Of a DNA stretch of 64,000 nt, positions 28,557 to 41,711 are shown piece by piece; position 1 is the first letter of the stretch, and every line of letters begins with the position of its first letter. The notes beneath the pieces were generated by a model, which saw only the letters and a program-made list of their open reading frames with translations, searched no databases and was not told where the DNA came from. The translations under genes were made by a program, and so were the position numbers. The stretch spans positions 434,001 through 498,000 of the forward strand of contig ML996688.1 of assembly GCA_010356995.1 (NCBI GenBank), in the 5' to 3' direction. The DNA comes from Trichodelitschia bisporula. Its lineage: Eukaryota.

Positions 28557-30056
28557 GATGAAGGTCCTAAGTAGAGTCCTGAGGTGATGAACGTGTCGTG
28601 GAGTCGCGGAAGAGCTCGACCGTCAACTCAGACGCGAAGAGTGGCGTGTGGCGGCAACAAGATAGCCGGCTTCTGGATGGATGAACGGACGGACGCGGGT
28701 TGTGAAGCGGTGACGCTGATGGGTTAGATAAACCGGAGGGGTGGATGGAGAGTTTGCTGATGGGGGAAGTTTGAGGCTGAGAAGTTGGAGGTTCGTGCAG
28801 TGAAGACGCCAGAGAGACTTTCCTCGCTTCGCCAAGCGCCCAGAGAAAGCGATCGGTGGCAGGATTCCGCCCCTTGCGCATCACGTGATATGTATGAATG
28901 TCCTGACCACCGAAACAGGCAGGTGTGGGATGTTTGCTCTTTGTCCTTAATGATGTTGAGACGCGACCACCCCGCTTCCACCCTTCCTCCACTCCTCCAA
29001 TGCTGAGGTCAACCCGCCTTCCACTGTTGTCGTTACCATCATAGCCTAAGTTAGAAGCAACGACCGTTTCCGGGAATCTACGTAATAAGCGCATTTCGGC
29101 TCGTTTGTCCTTGCTTCAGTCTCCACCGCGCTGCGTCGCAGCAATCTTTGAACGTGCCCTGGATATCGGTACCGCTTATCTACACCGACGGACTATCCTG
29201 CGACCTTCAAACTGAATCCCCCATAGCGCAGCATTCAAGATGGATATGTACGGCATCTTGCCAGCAGTGATTGCACAGCCTTTCAATGCCTTACGTTCGA
29301 CTTTCCTCTGAAGTCACAGGCCCCATGTGCAGGCGCTGCTCTTCTGTGCCAGTTGACTCAGTATCAGCATGTCGCAGCATCGTAGAGATTACGAGTAGAA
29401 CTTGTAGAAGCCCGTGCAGAAGTCTTGTGGGTGGAAGGGACAATCCGGGGCACCCAAAGAGACACAACTTTGTCGTTAAAAGACAGTCAAGGAAGGGACC
29501 AAGACATCATAGAGATCCTAACTAGAATGAGTACAGGTGTGAAGCGGGATCTGACAGGTTCAGCGTCATAGTCTGTTCAGGGAAGTTGACTTTGTGGTTG
29601 ACTGGAAGTCCTCCGAAAAGCTTGATCGGATGAGGTCAGCTATTTACATCACGGTGACAGGGGCAATTGTGGCCCGTAGGAAAACACTCATTGCCGCTTT
29701 GCGGAGCGAGGTAATTTTTTTCAGAGTTAAGAAGCATGATATGTTGTTCATAAATAGACGGGATGGTTACTGTACTGCGTAGTAGTTAGCGACGGGGTGG
29801 GCCGTCTTGAGCTAGCGCGGGGTAACATCGGGATTTGCGGAGGGGTTGTCGAATGAGGGGGTTGCGCGGCAACCGGTGGCATTTAGCACTTCCTGCCCCA
29901 CAACATCACCCTTGACCGCCCGCAACATCAATCCCCGTGCTATCAGGAAACAGCGACTAAGTGCTCGAGCTACTCGTTTGCGGAGCTCACCACTCTTCGA
30001 CCCTCCGCTGCATCTTCAACAAACCCACTCGTTGGCTTCGACGAGCCACAGTAAAC

Positions 30057-32212
30057 ATGACAACAAATCCCTTCACCGGGTATTCCAACTCTGAATACAA
30101 GATGCCCGAGCCGCCACCAGCACTTCTCACGCGCTCTGCGAACGAGTACTACGGTCGCCCGTCTACGCCTTCGCAGCATGCATTCACGAGCCCACAGCAG
30201 ACTCCACAGGGAAGCCCGAGCAAAAACCATTTGCCACCAGGGGCTTTCGACTTGCCGAATGTCTTCGACAATTCCATGAGGCTCATGCCGAGCTCTAACA
30301 GCAGTTCCCCTACCCGACCCGGGCAGCCGCAGTTCACGCCAGGATCGCCGGGCAAGGGCATCACCACAGACCAGAGATTTCCCCCAGAGTATGGTGTCGA
30401 CGCGGGAAGTGGGGCGTCTCCTGGGAGCCCGACCCGCCAGACAAACAACGAGAACACTCCAACTGGCATCCGCCCAGCATTGAAGAAAGAGTCGACATTC
30501 CTCACTCATGCTGCTCAGTCGCGCGAAGCGCCTTACAAAGCGCGTGATGCGGACACTGCGTCTCGCCCGCAGTACGTGACGCGGGGCTTGTCAGCCGAGG
30601 AAATCGAGAAGCTGCAAAAGCCGTCCGTGAAGCGTCTGGCCAACGTTACACAACTCTGTATGTTTATAAATCTTGCCCGCCTGGCGTACGCTAACCACGA
30701 TTTAGACTTCCTGGATTACTACTTCGATCTGCTGAGCTACGTGCACATCCGCCAGAACCGCCTTGCTCAGTTCAAGGCTCAGAACCCCCCACCCCCCGAG
30801 ACGCCGGAAGCTGAATACAACGCGGCTCTTCAAAAGTATCTTGGGCGTGAGCGTGTCAACTTGAGGAAGCGGCGGACTCGCCTGCATCATGGCGATTTCC
30901 AGATCCTCACGCAAGTTGGACAAGGTGGTTACGGGCAGGTCTACCTTGCAACCAAGAAGGATACCAGAGAGGTGTGCGCGCTTAAGGTCATGAGCAAGAA
31001 GCTGCTCTTCAAGCTGGACGAAATCAGACATGTCCTGACGGAGCGAGATATCTTGACCACGGCCAATAGTGAGTGGCTGGTGAGGTTGCTCTATGCCTTC
31101 CAGGATGACAAGAGCATATATCTTGCTATGGTAAGTATCGCTCTCCAGTACTCCCTCTCAGCTTCTCATCTGTTTATAGGAGTATGTTCCAGGCGGCGAC
31201 TTCCGCACGTTGCTCAACAACACAGGCGTGCTTCACAACCGACACGCGCGGTTTTACATTGCCGAGATGTTTGCTTGTGTCGACGCTCTGCACCAACTTG
31301 GGTATATTCACCGCGACTTGAAGCCCGAGAACTTCCTCATCGACAGCACCGGCCATGTCAAGCTCACGGACTTCGGTTTGGCGGCTGGATTTCTTGCGCC
31401 CGCGAAGATCGAGTCTATGCGCATCAAGCTGGAGTCTGTCGGCAACGTGGTCTCCCCCTTTGGTCGGCCGATGGAGGACCGGACAGCTGCAGAGCGTCGG
31501 GATGGATACCGTTCTCTACGCGAACGCAACGTCAACTACGCCAAGAGCATCGTTGGCAGCCCGGACTACATGGCTCCAGAAGTACTCAAAGGCGAGGAGT
31601 ACGATTACACTGTTGACTACTGGAGCTTGGGGTGTATGTTGTTCGAGGCCTTGGCTGGCTACCCGCCCTTTGCCGGCGCCACTGTCGAGGAGACGTGGCA
31701 GAACTTGAAGCGGTGGAAGGAGGTGCTCAAGAAGCCTGTCTACGAAGACCCGAGCTACTACCTCAGCAAGCGCACGTGGGACCTCATCATACGGCTAGTG
31801 GCGGCGAAGAAGAATCGTTTCCGTGTCATCAGCGAGATCAAGTCGCACGCCTACTTTGCCGAAGTTGATTGGTCAGGGCTTCGTGAGCAACGCGCGCCAT
31901 TTGTGCCAGAACTGGACTCCGAGACCGACGCTGGCTACTTCGATGACTTTTCCAACGAGGCTGACATGGCCAAGTACAAGGAGGTGCACGAGAAGCAGCA
32001 GGCTCTCGAGACCATGGCAGACCGGGAGGACAGGATGAACAAGGGGCTGTTCGTCGGCTTCACATTCAAGTGTGTTTCGTTCTCCCTTCAAGTGATTATC
32101 ACTAATGTTTTATAGGCACCGGAAGCCAGCTACCGACGAGAGTGGAAACCCGACTACTCCGAGAAAGCCGCTGCCGCGTGAAGCGGATGGCACTTTCGGG
32201 ACGTTCTTTTAA
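30057..32212 (+). CDS. DBF2: NDR/LATS Ser/Thr kinase Dbf2/Sid2 (MEN/SIN)
   Basis: RLANVTQLYFLDYY, GQGGYGQV, HRDLKPEN, DFG, SIVGSPDYMAPE, FVGFTF. Exons 30057-30657, 30706-31130, 31180-32069, 32116-32212. Confidence 0.96.
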
Positions 32213-33474
32213 GTCTTCTTGTGAACTTTAGCGCGCCTGCTTTTTCATCCTTTCTTGACCTTGAATCACGAGTTTTTGTCTTTCTTATAAAAATTACGCG
32301 CATGCTCTAGGAGTCAAGGGTCTCTGAAATATGGCCACTCGTGATGCTGCAGGCATGGTATCATTTTGCCGTCCAAACATGCAATCTTTTGCTTTGGCGT
32401 TATGCTGCCTTATGAGTTATGGTCGCGCTAGGGATGTTGAACCTGCACGAATAGGTGCCGGGAATGTGATGGCTTTAGACGCGTGGCGAAAGGGAAGAGT
32501 ACGGGGAAGCGGTTTTCATTTTGAGTGATGCAGTCACTAGAGTTCTCCTTATGCACTTGCGAATACCCGTGATCAGAAGTAATGAATTACGACACCATGA
32601 TCATTGCACATAGTGGCACTTTGAGAGCATATCAGATATCTGATGTCTTTTTTTGCCACTTGAGCAGAGGTTGCAGACTCCTGTATTATCGTGCCTGGTT
32701 TCCACATTCTCCGCATCCATTGTTTGACGGCACAATCATCTTCGGGGTCAAACAGCATCCAAAGGGCACTCGACGTATACATTTATTCGCGGGTGAGTGA
32801 ATATGAGAAGCGGGCCCAGTAGGGAGTATAGACAACAGCATGACTAGAATACGGAGTCGGTGTCGAATATCCACACGGGTTTGAAGCCGGAGACGATCAG
32901 TTCGGCGCCTGGACACTTTGAATCGATGTGTAGGCCTTGGCTGTCACGCTCCGGGGCTTCTTTCACGAGTCCCGGACTCCATTATTGCCTATCTGCACCC
33001 CTCCAAGTCCATCCGTCTTCCGCAAGTTCGATATAAATACAATCCGCACTTTTTTCACAACTCGCGCGTACAGTCACCTCCCGCAGACGATTTCACACCC
33101 TTACTGCAGCTGCTCACCCTCACCCTCACTGCCACCGTAACCCGCATCCGTCTTTCCCGCGTCTCTCTCAAACACTCCCGACAGCACACGACCATTGCTT
33201 GGGACGAGGCGCGACTCGCTACCACCGCACCGTCGCAAACTCCGGGGAAAGAGTAGAAAGCCGCATTCCGTTTTCTCGCAATACATGTGAGTTACTGAAG
33301 CCTATCTTCACGCGATCTATTCTATCCGCCACCATTCCGTCACCTTGAACGTTGCTGAGTTGTGAGACTATCGGTGTAGCCTTAGCCACTCGCCCCTCTC
33401 TCGCCCCTCTCTCGCCCCTCCTTCCCCCACAACGTTCCATCAACACTCCAGAGTGACGCGCGACAAACGTCCGG

Positions 33475-35461
33475 ATGGACGACCGACCACGAACTCCCTC
33501 TTTGAAATCCAGAAGCACACCTGATCTCCTAAATTTTGACAACTCGAGTCTCCGTTCAGATCCAACTCCGCATAGCACTTCGTCCACTGCACTCCCTTTG
33601 TCACACCGTCCGCTACAGCGGTATCGAAGGGATTATGAAAGACAGCACAGCTTGCGCACACAATCTGATACACCGGTAGATGGCACTTCAGCTCGGGAGA
33701 CTTGGGTAGACTTCCTTCGCAATCCGCCTTACGAGGCTGACCTCAACACTAACACTATGGAGGGTAGTCGCACATTCCCGGATCCTCAGGAGGACGGAGC
33801 AACCGCTGCTCAGGGTGAAGCGCAAAATAGCACAACCTCTACCGACTATCGGCGAGCTGCCGATAGGAAGCGAAGGATGACAGCGCCAGAGACACCTCCG
33901 CGCCGGTACGGACACGCGCCGCCGCAGACGGGTTCCTCGAGCGGTCAGTCGCAGGGCCCTGTGGGGTTAGTAGCTGCTTCTACAACGAATGCCGGGTCTT
34001 CCGCAGACAATCCAATCGACCTGATGAGCTCGCCGCTCCAAATCTCCAACCTTCCCTCTCGACCTCAGCCCGCGCCGCGTCAACGCGGACATCCGCACCC
34101 GTTTGTGAGGCGACCGACCATGCCACATCCTTTACCGCAGCCCTCTGTAGGAGGGAGTGATATTGTGCTTCCAAGCTGGCAACCGGACGCGGCGGTGTCG
34201 AGCTGCCCGGTTTGCAAAACGGCGTTTTCCTTCTGGTATCGGAAGCATCATTGCAGGTAAGCTTCTTTGGTCGTTTGCAAGCTGTTTGCTGATCTGTTGG
34301 TAGGAAATGCGGCAGGGTAGTGTGTGCTCATTGTTCACCGCATCGCATCACCATTCCCAGCCAGTTCATTGTACGCCCTCCCAGTGTTATTGATCTCACC
34401 GATGATCATGAGGAAATGCCCGCATTCCGGAATCACTGGGGAGGAGAAGAAGTCAGAGTCTGCAACCCATGCGTGCCCGACCCGAATATGAGTCCGCCTC
34501 CCCAACGCCCCTCCGATCGCATCCCTTCACACAATTGCCGATTACCGACGGCTACAACTGAAGACGGGGCGGGAATCCCCTCCATACTAGGAAGGCCGCG
34601 TAACTCAACCGGTCCTCTCGTACCGCCGCCTCCTCTGCTAGCACCGTATCGTGGTCACCGCTCCACAAGCAGTGATATCAGCCACCTCTATCCCGGCCAT
34701 ATCAGACCGACAGCAAGAGACGCGTTCCGCTATCCGCCCGGCTCTTTCCCCAACCAACCCGGACTCTCCGGTCACTGGCCCCCTTCCACCCCTCCCCCAC
34801 ACCCCGCCGGACCTTCTTCCGGGATGTACCCTCCTCGCAACTCAAGTAGCAATGCACAGCAGTTCGCCCAGCATTACCGCTCGCTCATCACACCCCAAGA
34901 ACCTCCCCGGGCCCCTCCACCACCCCGGCGTCAGATAGCAGAAGAGGATGAGTGCCCCATCTGTGGGTCCGAGCTTCCGCCCAAAGGACCGGATGGCAGC
35001 GATGTGGACCGCGAAGCGCATATTGATGATTGCATCAGATCGCACTCGTACGGCTCGACCACGTCACGCGCATCACCCGATGCGGACAGGACCGGCTCGC
35101 CTGGCCTGTCGACATCTTCAGGGGTTTTGGCGGGAAGTCCACATGGCCAGGCGTCAGCCGGCGGGTCACCGAGACCGGGTGGGTTGCGACCGCGTAGGAT
35201 GACAGGCGGGAGGATGCTGTTGTATCGGGCGACGGAGAAGGATTGTGTAGGGGAGAATGGGGAGAACCAGGAGTGCATTATTTGCTTTGAGGAGTTTGAA
35301 GAGGGAGATGAGATGGGGCGTCTGGAGTGCTTGTGTAAGTTCCACAAAGTAAGTGGTTCCCTTTTCAGGTCTTACGTAGCTAACATGTGCAGTCCTGCAT
35401 TCGACAGTGGTGGGATACGAAGGGTATGGGGAGCTGTCCGACGCATCAGCTTCACGATTAA
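33475..35461 (+). CDS. PIB1: FYVE-domain RING-H2 E3 ubiquitin ligase (Pib1-like)
   Basis: WQPD..CPVC..RKHHCRKCGRVVC FYVE domain; C-terminal ECIICFEEF..RLECLCKFHKSCI..CPTH. Exons 33475-34256, 34304-35348, 35393-35461. Confidence 0.9.
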
Positions 35462-35676
35462 TGAGCCTTTCATGTTCAACAGCATTTTGCAAGCATTCAT
35501 GGCACGGTTTCGGTATGCGTTTTGTTAGGCGCACGGCGGGCTCTCCAAATTTGGCATGTGTTTCGAATGACTTGATGAGTGATACCAGTCTCCAAGCACG
35601 ACATCATAAGTTAGCGAAATTGTACATGAAGGGTAGCCAGTTTTCTATAGATACATGCGTAGACTCTGGCCTCCCA

Positions 35677-38600
35677 TCAGGAGGTCGAAAAGCCGTTACG
35701 CTGAATCAGCCGAATAGGCGTAACCTCCACGTTCCGCTTATGCGTGTCCACCGAATAGAGCTCCACCTCCCAAATATCAGTGAGCTCGAAGGCATCACCC
35801 GTAGTGTTTTCCCGGATGATGACCTCCAAGCTATTATCCAGCATCTGCCCCAACGCGATCTGCTCCGGCAACGCAGACCGCACAATAACATTGAACCGCC
35901 GCGGTAGATCCAGTTCCCCGTGCATCCACGCCCGGAACTCAAGTTGCGTGATCCAGTGCTTGTCGCACGAAACCCTCGCCCGTGAAATCAGCCTTTCGCG
36001 GGGTTGCAACCGCGAGATTATCGGCTCGAGCGCCGCGCGGTGGAACGGGACTACTTTATCAATATCTTCCGCCCCCACGCCGGCAAGACTCTTGCCCACC
36101 CGCGCCTCCTCCCTCAGCACCGCCTCGATCTGCCAATGCGCCATCATGTCCGCGTACCGCCGCAGCGGGCTCGTGACCTTGGCGTACCTGTCGATGCCGA
36201 GGGAGTAGTGCTTGATCGGGTGCAGAGATAACATGCCCCGGCCGTACATCTGCATGTACTCCAGCCCCAGCTTAAGCGGCAACACACCGTTCGCCGCCAC
36301 AGCGGGTTGGATAACTTCCGCCTCGTGCCGGTCCATAGCGGCTTGGCTCATGGTGCGCAGGATGCCGCGGTAGATCATGGGCATGCTGCGGGCCCACATC
36401 CAGCTCGCTGCGGCTTCGCCGGCTAGGATCATCATCTCGCGCACCAGGTGCTCGTGCGTGCCGGCCGCGGAGACGTCGAAGTAGTTGCGGAAGGGCTCGG
36501 TGGTGACGGCGATTATGGGGTCGTTGAGCATGTGCATGGCCTTTTTGCGGCGCGGGACGGGGGACGCTGGGAGGCCTGGGACGCCGGGGGCACGGTAGAC
36601 GGTGGGCTTGGGGTGGGGGAGGTCGAAGTACACACCGCCTTGTTTGCGGCGGTGTTCGTAACGGCCGAGGGAGAGGGTGTGGAGGAGTTTGAGGTCTGCG
36701 ATTTCGGATTCTTTGAGAGGTGGGGGTGGGGGGGGGGAGAGGGAGGGTAATTCACCGCCTACGACGAGTTGGACTGCTTTTTTGCGCGTGGCGCTCCCGA
36801 GGATGTCGGCTAGGTGGTCGTAGGTAAGGCTGACGACGTTGCGGAGAAGGCCGGGTTGGACTTTTGTTTCGGAGATTTCGCCGGTCAGGCTGACTTTTGC
36901 GCTGAAGGTTAGGCAGGGGCGGTCGTTTTGCAGGCTGAACATGTCTCTGGGCATCCAGTTGGGGAGTAAAGGGTAGGTGACTTCGGGGGCGTAAAAGGTT
37001 TCGGTGAGATGGGCGGCCATTTTGGAGAAGATGGATTCTTCGGTAACGTAGGCGGTTGGGTTGGCAATGTGAACGTGGATCCAGTGCTCATCCGACGAGC
37101 CTGGTATGCGCTCTATGGAGATGGCATCGTCAATCTCCAGTGCGCCCGCGTCATCTATGCAGAATGCCGGTAGGTCCTTCCAGTCATGGCGCAGGTCGCT
37201 CATGGTGTCCTTGAGATTCACACCTTCCTTGGTGAGCGTTGCCAACTTGGACGCCATCTTCTCCAGCGGCTTTGAGTGCTGGGAAGTCGGGAGAAGGAGA
37301 TTGACATCAAAGAGGACGCGGTTGACGTAAGGATTCATAACGCCGATCTCTTGAAGGAACAGTGACCCGGTTTGTACGCGCAACTGATGGTCTTCGTACA
37401 TGCCAGTGGCCCGGATTAACATTGGAGCAATCGCCTTGAGGGTGGAGTCTCTGGTAAAAAGCTCTCGCAAGCACCAGTACTCTACGAACAGGATGATTTG
37501 CTGTTCTTCAGGAGTGAAAGCCGCTCCTGAGAGGATCCGGTTCTTCTCTTTGCTCGGCCCGGCGCAGCCAGTATGTGAGGGTTCTCGGCTGACGCGTGAT
37601 TTTGCGATCTCGATGCGCGCCTTATTAATGAAATTTTGAACAATCGTAAATCCCTTGCTGAGCTTCGGGGGATCGTCGCCGATCTCTGCTGTCGTCTGGA
37701 GACGCACACGATCCTCCTGAAATTCACGAAGCCAGTCCTGCACTTCGTGAATGTGCTGAACCTGCTCCTTGGACCTGATCTGGTAGATACCGGTCTGCCG
37801 ATGACTTCTCTCATCTGACCCAAACCCAATGCCGGCGTGTAAGATTGCCCTGCGCACTGCAAACAGTTCAGGATTACTTGGTTCATCCTTGCCGAGTAAC
37901 TTTGATGCAATCCTGTTCAATGTACCAAACCGGAGGTCAGTACTGTGTGCTAGAATTTCGTGGACCCTGTCAAGAACCGATGTATTTTGCCGGAAGGCCT
38001 CCTCGGTTTGTCGCCAGAATTTGCCCAAGGCATTTATAATGGGCCCCGTAACGGCGCGAGGTGGATTGATGTCGAAGTGCCGTGCCTGGTCCAGCAACTC
38101 CTCTGCAACCTCCTCGGTAGGTAAATAGGGGATAATCGGTTCGATTATCATTGGGGAAAGAAAGTTTGGAAGAGTGTAGTGGACGTTGTTTTTCCGCATG
38201 TTAACCCAGTTCCCGCGTATCGTGATAAACTGAGCCTGTGTCAACCCGATATCCTGGACATACACAGCCAGGACAGGCTCACTACCGGAAGAACTGGACT
38301 ACGAGTGAGTTTGGAAAACCATGGAAATCAATTATTACTCACATCAATTCCACGAGGTCTCCAGGGCTGTATAAGATTCCAGGAGGCACAAACTCCAGGT
38401 CAACATCATCTCCAAGCGGCATCGTTTCGCTATCGACCCTGTCCTCAACCTGCTCGGGTGACACTCGAAAGTTGCCAGAGGCCAGTCCTCTAATTCCACC
38501 GGTGTCCGGGGGCGCAAGGATTTCCGTGAGGGGGTTTCCGTGCGCAGCTTGCCACTCCGCGAGTTGTTCTCTTATGGGGACATTCGACAAAAGGTAGTCT

Positions 38601-39063
38601 GGTATCTCAGGTATCATCGAAAGGTCTTCATTTTCGTCCACATGGCTACTAACTTCATCCCGTTGCTACAAGTCGTATTAGATTTAAGACGGTAAACCAC
38701 AAAGCATAGAGCAGTGCTTACCTCCCTCGCCGGCTCAACCAAGACCTTCCGGATTTGAAAGTCTCTACGAGGAAGGACTCTATTAAACTGAAAGACTTTC
38801 TCAAACTGGGGCGGCGGCGAGGGCGGGGCCCTGACTCTTCTGATAGGAACAGCGGTTTCATGGCGACTATCCGAAGGATCCTGCGAATCTGTCGAGAGGC
38901 GTGATTGTGACGATGTTGAGTAGGTTCTGCTCGCCGATACCTTTCGCAGACTGCGGGGGGCAAGCGGAGAAACGTGGGGTTGCGTTCGCTGGCTGATGAG
39001 GCAATCGTAGCAAATTCCTGAGAATAGAGATTGTCCAGAAGCTGGAATCGCTCTGCGGCGCAT
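35677..39063 (-). CDS. DSS1: Mitochondrial RNase II/RNB exoribonuclease (Dss1/Cyt-4)
   Basis: RNB motifs FCIDD..ALEIDDA, HIANP, TSPLRRYAD; Arg-rich presequence. Exons 39063-38722, 38665-38343, 38293-35677. An alternative in-frame ATG lies at 39126. Confidence 0.92.
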
Positions 39064-39399
39064 TGTATTCAGGATCCAAGCCTGGAGGTGTCGACAGAAG
39101 CTGCAGGAGGATGGCGATGGTCGCATGAAGTTTTGGGCAGAGGTCCGAGAAAATGTACGCCACAGCACCGCGTCTGTGGCTTGTATCCCGCCCTGTGCCA
39201 CACATCGGGGGCCTCCAGCTCCGGGCCTCACGGGACTTGGATGCTGCAGGTGAGCTACAAGATCAACCCCACCATCTCAACAACTTCCACCATTCTTCTT
39301 CACCAAGCAGCGAGCATCAACCCAACACCCGTAGCAACATCAAGGTAAGCATGCTCTCAGGTATCGTCCTCAGCCCATGTCAGACACTGGACACCTCAT

Positions 39400-39485
39400 T
39401 TCAATGATGTTTTTCAAAGCATGTATTATCCGAGCTGATGGTCGAACGGCCTGGCACAGCGGAGACCATAATGCCACTGAACCCT
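39400..39485 (+). ncRNA. Box C/D snoRNA in the cnxG 5'-UTR intron (18S guide, possible second LSU guide)
   Basis: Box C ATGATGT 39404-39410, D' CCGA 39430-39433, C' CTGATGG 39435-39441, D CTGA 39477-39480. The D' guide AGCATGTATTA is complementary to conserved 18S UAAUACAUGCU. Lies between a GTAAGC donor (39345) and an acceptor at 39547. Confidence 0.8.
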
Positions 39486-39551
39486 TCCTTCCTTTCATCA
39501 TTATTCCCTTGCAGAGCATTCTGTCAGCGTTATTGACGTGCTTCAAGGACA

Positions 39552-39839
39552 ATGCCATCAAAGAAGCCGCCACCTGGGCACTTCAACCTCCTCTACTTCG
39601 CCGCATCCTCGTCCTACACCAAGAAGAGCGTGGAGGCATTCAAAGCTCCTGTCAGCGCAGCGGATCTATTTGATCTTCTCGAAGAGCGATATCCTGGAAT
39701 AAAGGATAAAGTGCTTTCGAGCTGTGCTGTCACTGTCAACTACCAGTATGTCGACCTGGACGATGATGGAGATGACCGTGCCATCACTATCAAGGAGGGA
39801 GACGAAGTTGCAATTATACCGCCGGTGAGCTCTGGCTAG
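39552..39839 (+). CDS. cnxG: Molybdopterin synthase sulfur-carrier (small) subunit, MoaD/MOCS2A
   Basis: 95 aa, LLYFA start, C-terminal EGDEVAIIPPVSSG (ThiS/MoaD ubiquitin-like fold). Confidence 0.93.
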   Translation: MPSKKPPPGHFNLLYFAASSSYTKKSVEAFKAPVSAADLFDLLEERYPGIKDKVLSSCAVTVNYQYVDLDDDGDDRAITIKEGDEVAIIPPVSSG

Positions 39840-41711
39840 CACGCTGATGAGGGCCATACTTCATGTCACGCATCGACATACGCAATCTCCACGCAGACAC
39901 ACATTCATACCATGCCCAATGCCATCGAGAGTACGCGGCAGGTGCCTAGGACCATCCGAAAACGTCGTGACCGCCCCGCGTGAGCGTGTTTGCCGACGCA
40001 AACAGCCGCGATTTTATCGGATGGCTCTTGAGGATCGTCAGCTTAAGTGATTACGAGGCCTGTTTTCAAGCTGCAAGAGAAGGCGGTGGTACACGTTCTT
40101 GCCAATCGGGTTCGATTGGTTGGTGGCCTATCTGATGGTGGACTGGCTGACTTTGCTGTGGCTTCCCTGATTGCGGTTGTGGGATGACATCCATTGTTGG
40201 GGCGCCGTGGAACTGTTGATCACTGGTAACGAATGGCTTTTTTTAGCAGATTTGAACGGGCTGTGATGTCTGGGGAGCGACGCCACGATGGATAGTGACT
40301 TCAGGCGCAGCAAAGCACGAGGCCGATGTTCAGATTGCTTCACAAGCTGCGGCCTCGATTGACTCGATGGAGTCGAGGAAGTCTTTTCGTAGGTGTTTGC
40401 AGACATGTACCACACAAACTGAACACCCACTGCATCATTCAACGTAAAGTCTGGCACGTTTGGAGGTGTGACGACGCCATTTAGGCTTATAAATAGGCTT
40501 AACCTAAGCGCGAGCCCTTTGGTTTTCCGCACTCCACATTCTAGTTCTAGTTCTAGGGCCGAGGAGGCTCTTGGTGCCGGGGGTGCATTGTGTCTCCACC
40601 CACATCCCGTCCACCATTAAGCTACGGTATGGGCTATTCTTCCCGCGTCGCCCATGTATCGCATCATCTGGAACTATGGGAATGGTCTCTGTTTCGACCT
40701 TTGGTAATGCATCTCGTACGCCTACCCTCTTTTCTTTCTCGAGCCAGGAGCCTTCACGCATACCTCCGTAGAAGAGAGGATCAAGAAAATCCAGATTCCC
40801 ACCATGATTCAAGGCCACCAGCAGCAAGGCGCATGGCATGGTACCGTACGAGTAACGGAGACACACCAGCCACGAGTAAGGCCTCAGGCCCACTGGGATC
40901 CTAGAACTACGAGGAGAACTAGCTCTAGTCCGCAGCGACGCCCGCAGGCGAGGAAAGAGTACGTACCTCGTACATCCGTAGTATGTGACTGAGCAGCGAA
41001 AGAATGATCTGTCTCCCACGTTTCACTTCTCCCTCCTTGGACCATCATTACGAACCGCCAACAAAAAAAGGGATGATGCTGAAAGCCTTGCTATGAAAGA
41101 GCTGAAATGCCTAGACTGGATTGATGGAGTGAAGTACATCCGTAAGCAACGCAATGCGAGTGAGCGAGGGTTAAGGAAATAAGAGAAACGACGAAGAAGG
41201 TCGCGCATGGGAGCCTGAAAGCAGCTGCTTCCATTTGATGCCAATTCGTAGGTAAGTTGGTAAGGAAGGAAGCAAGCGTATCCAAAAAGGTGCCTTAATT
41301 GCATTGCCCTCCTTGTTCCCCCAGTTTCCCCCTCCCCCAAAAAAACAGCTTTCTCCGCTTTTCATCCCATCACCCAACCAAATATCATCACGTCGCATTC
41401 CATTGTCTATCCCCACCCCATTCCCCATTTCTTTCAGCCAAGTTCATCACCAAAGTTATCAATCCACAAAGCAAAAACTGGCAGAGTGACGCGGTTCCCG
41501 GCTCCGGCGCTGGTTCCGTCGAATCCAAGACTCCCCCCCCCCCGCCCCCTCTCCGCCGTAACGTTTCCTGCTGCCGTCGCACGGAGCCCTGCAGCTTGCT
41601 GACCTGGCCCACATCGCTCTTCTTTCAGGTCCGCCAGCGCCGACTTCAAACCACCGACTCTCCGACCTCTGGCCTTCCGAACCCGCACTTGCACTCTAAC
41701 CAGTACGTCCC

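Noticed and set aside
28950..29007. ATGATGT...CTGA with a short 18S-like complement (CCTCCAAT)
   Set aside because: Too short, only ~8 nt of complementarity and no internal boxes.
39825..39839. MoaD-like protein ends in SSG rather than GG
   Set aside because: From memory, PPVSSG is the usual ending of filamentous-fungal CnxG, and the terminal Gly is intact.
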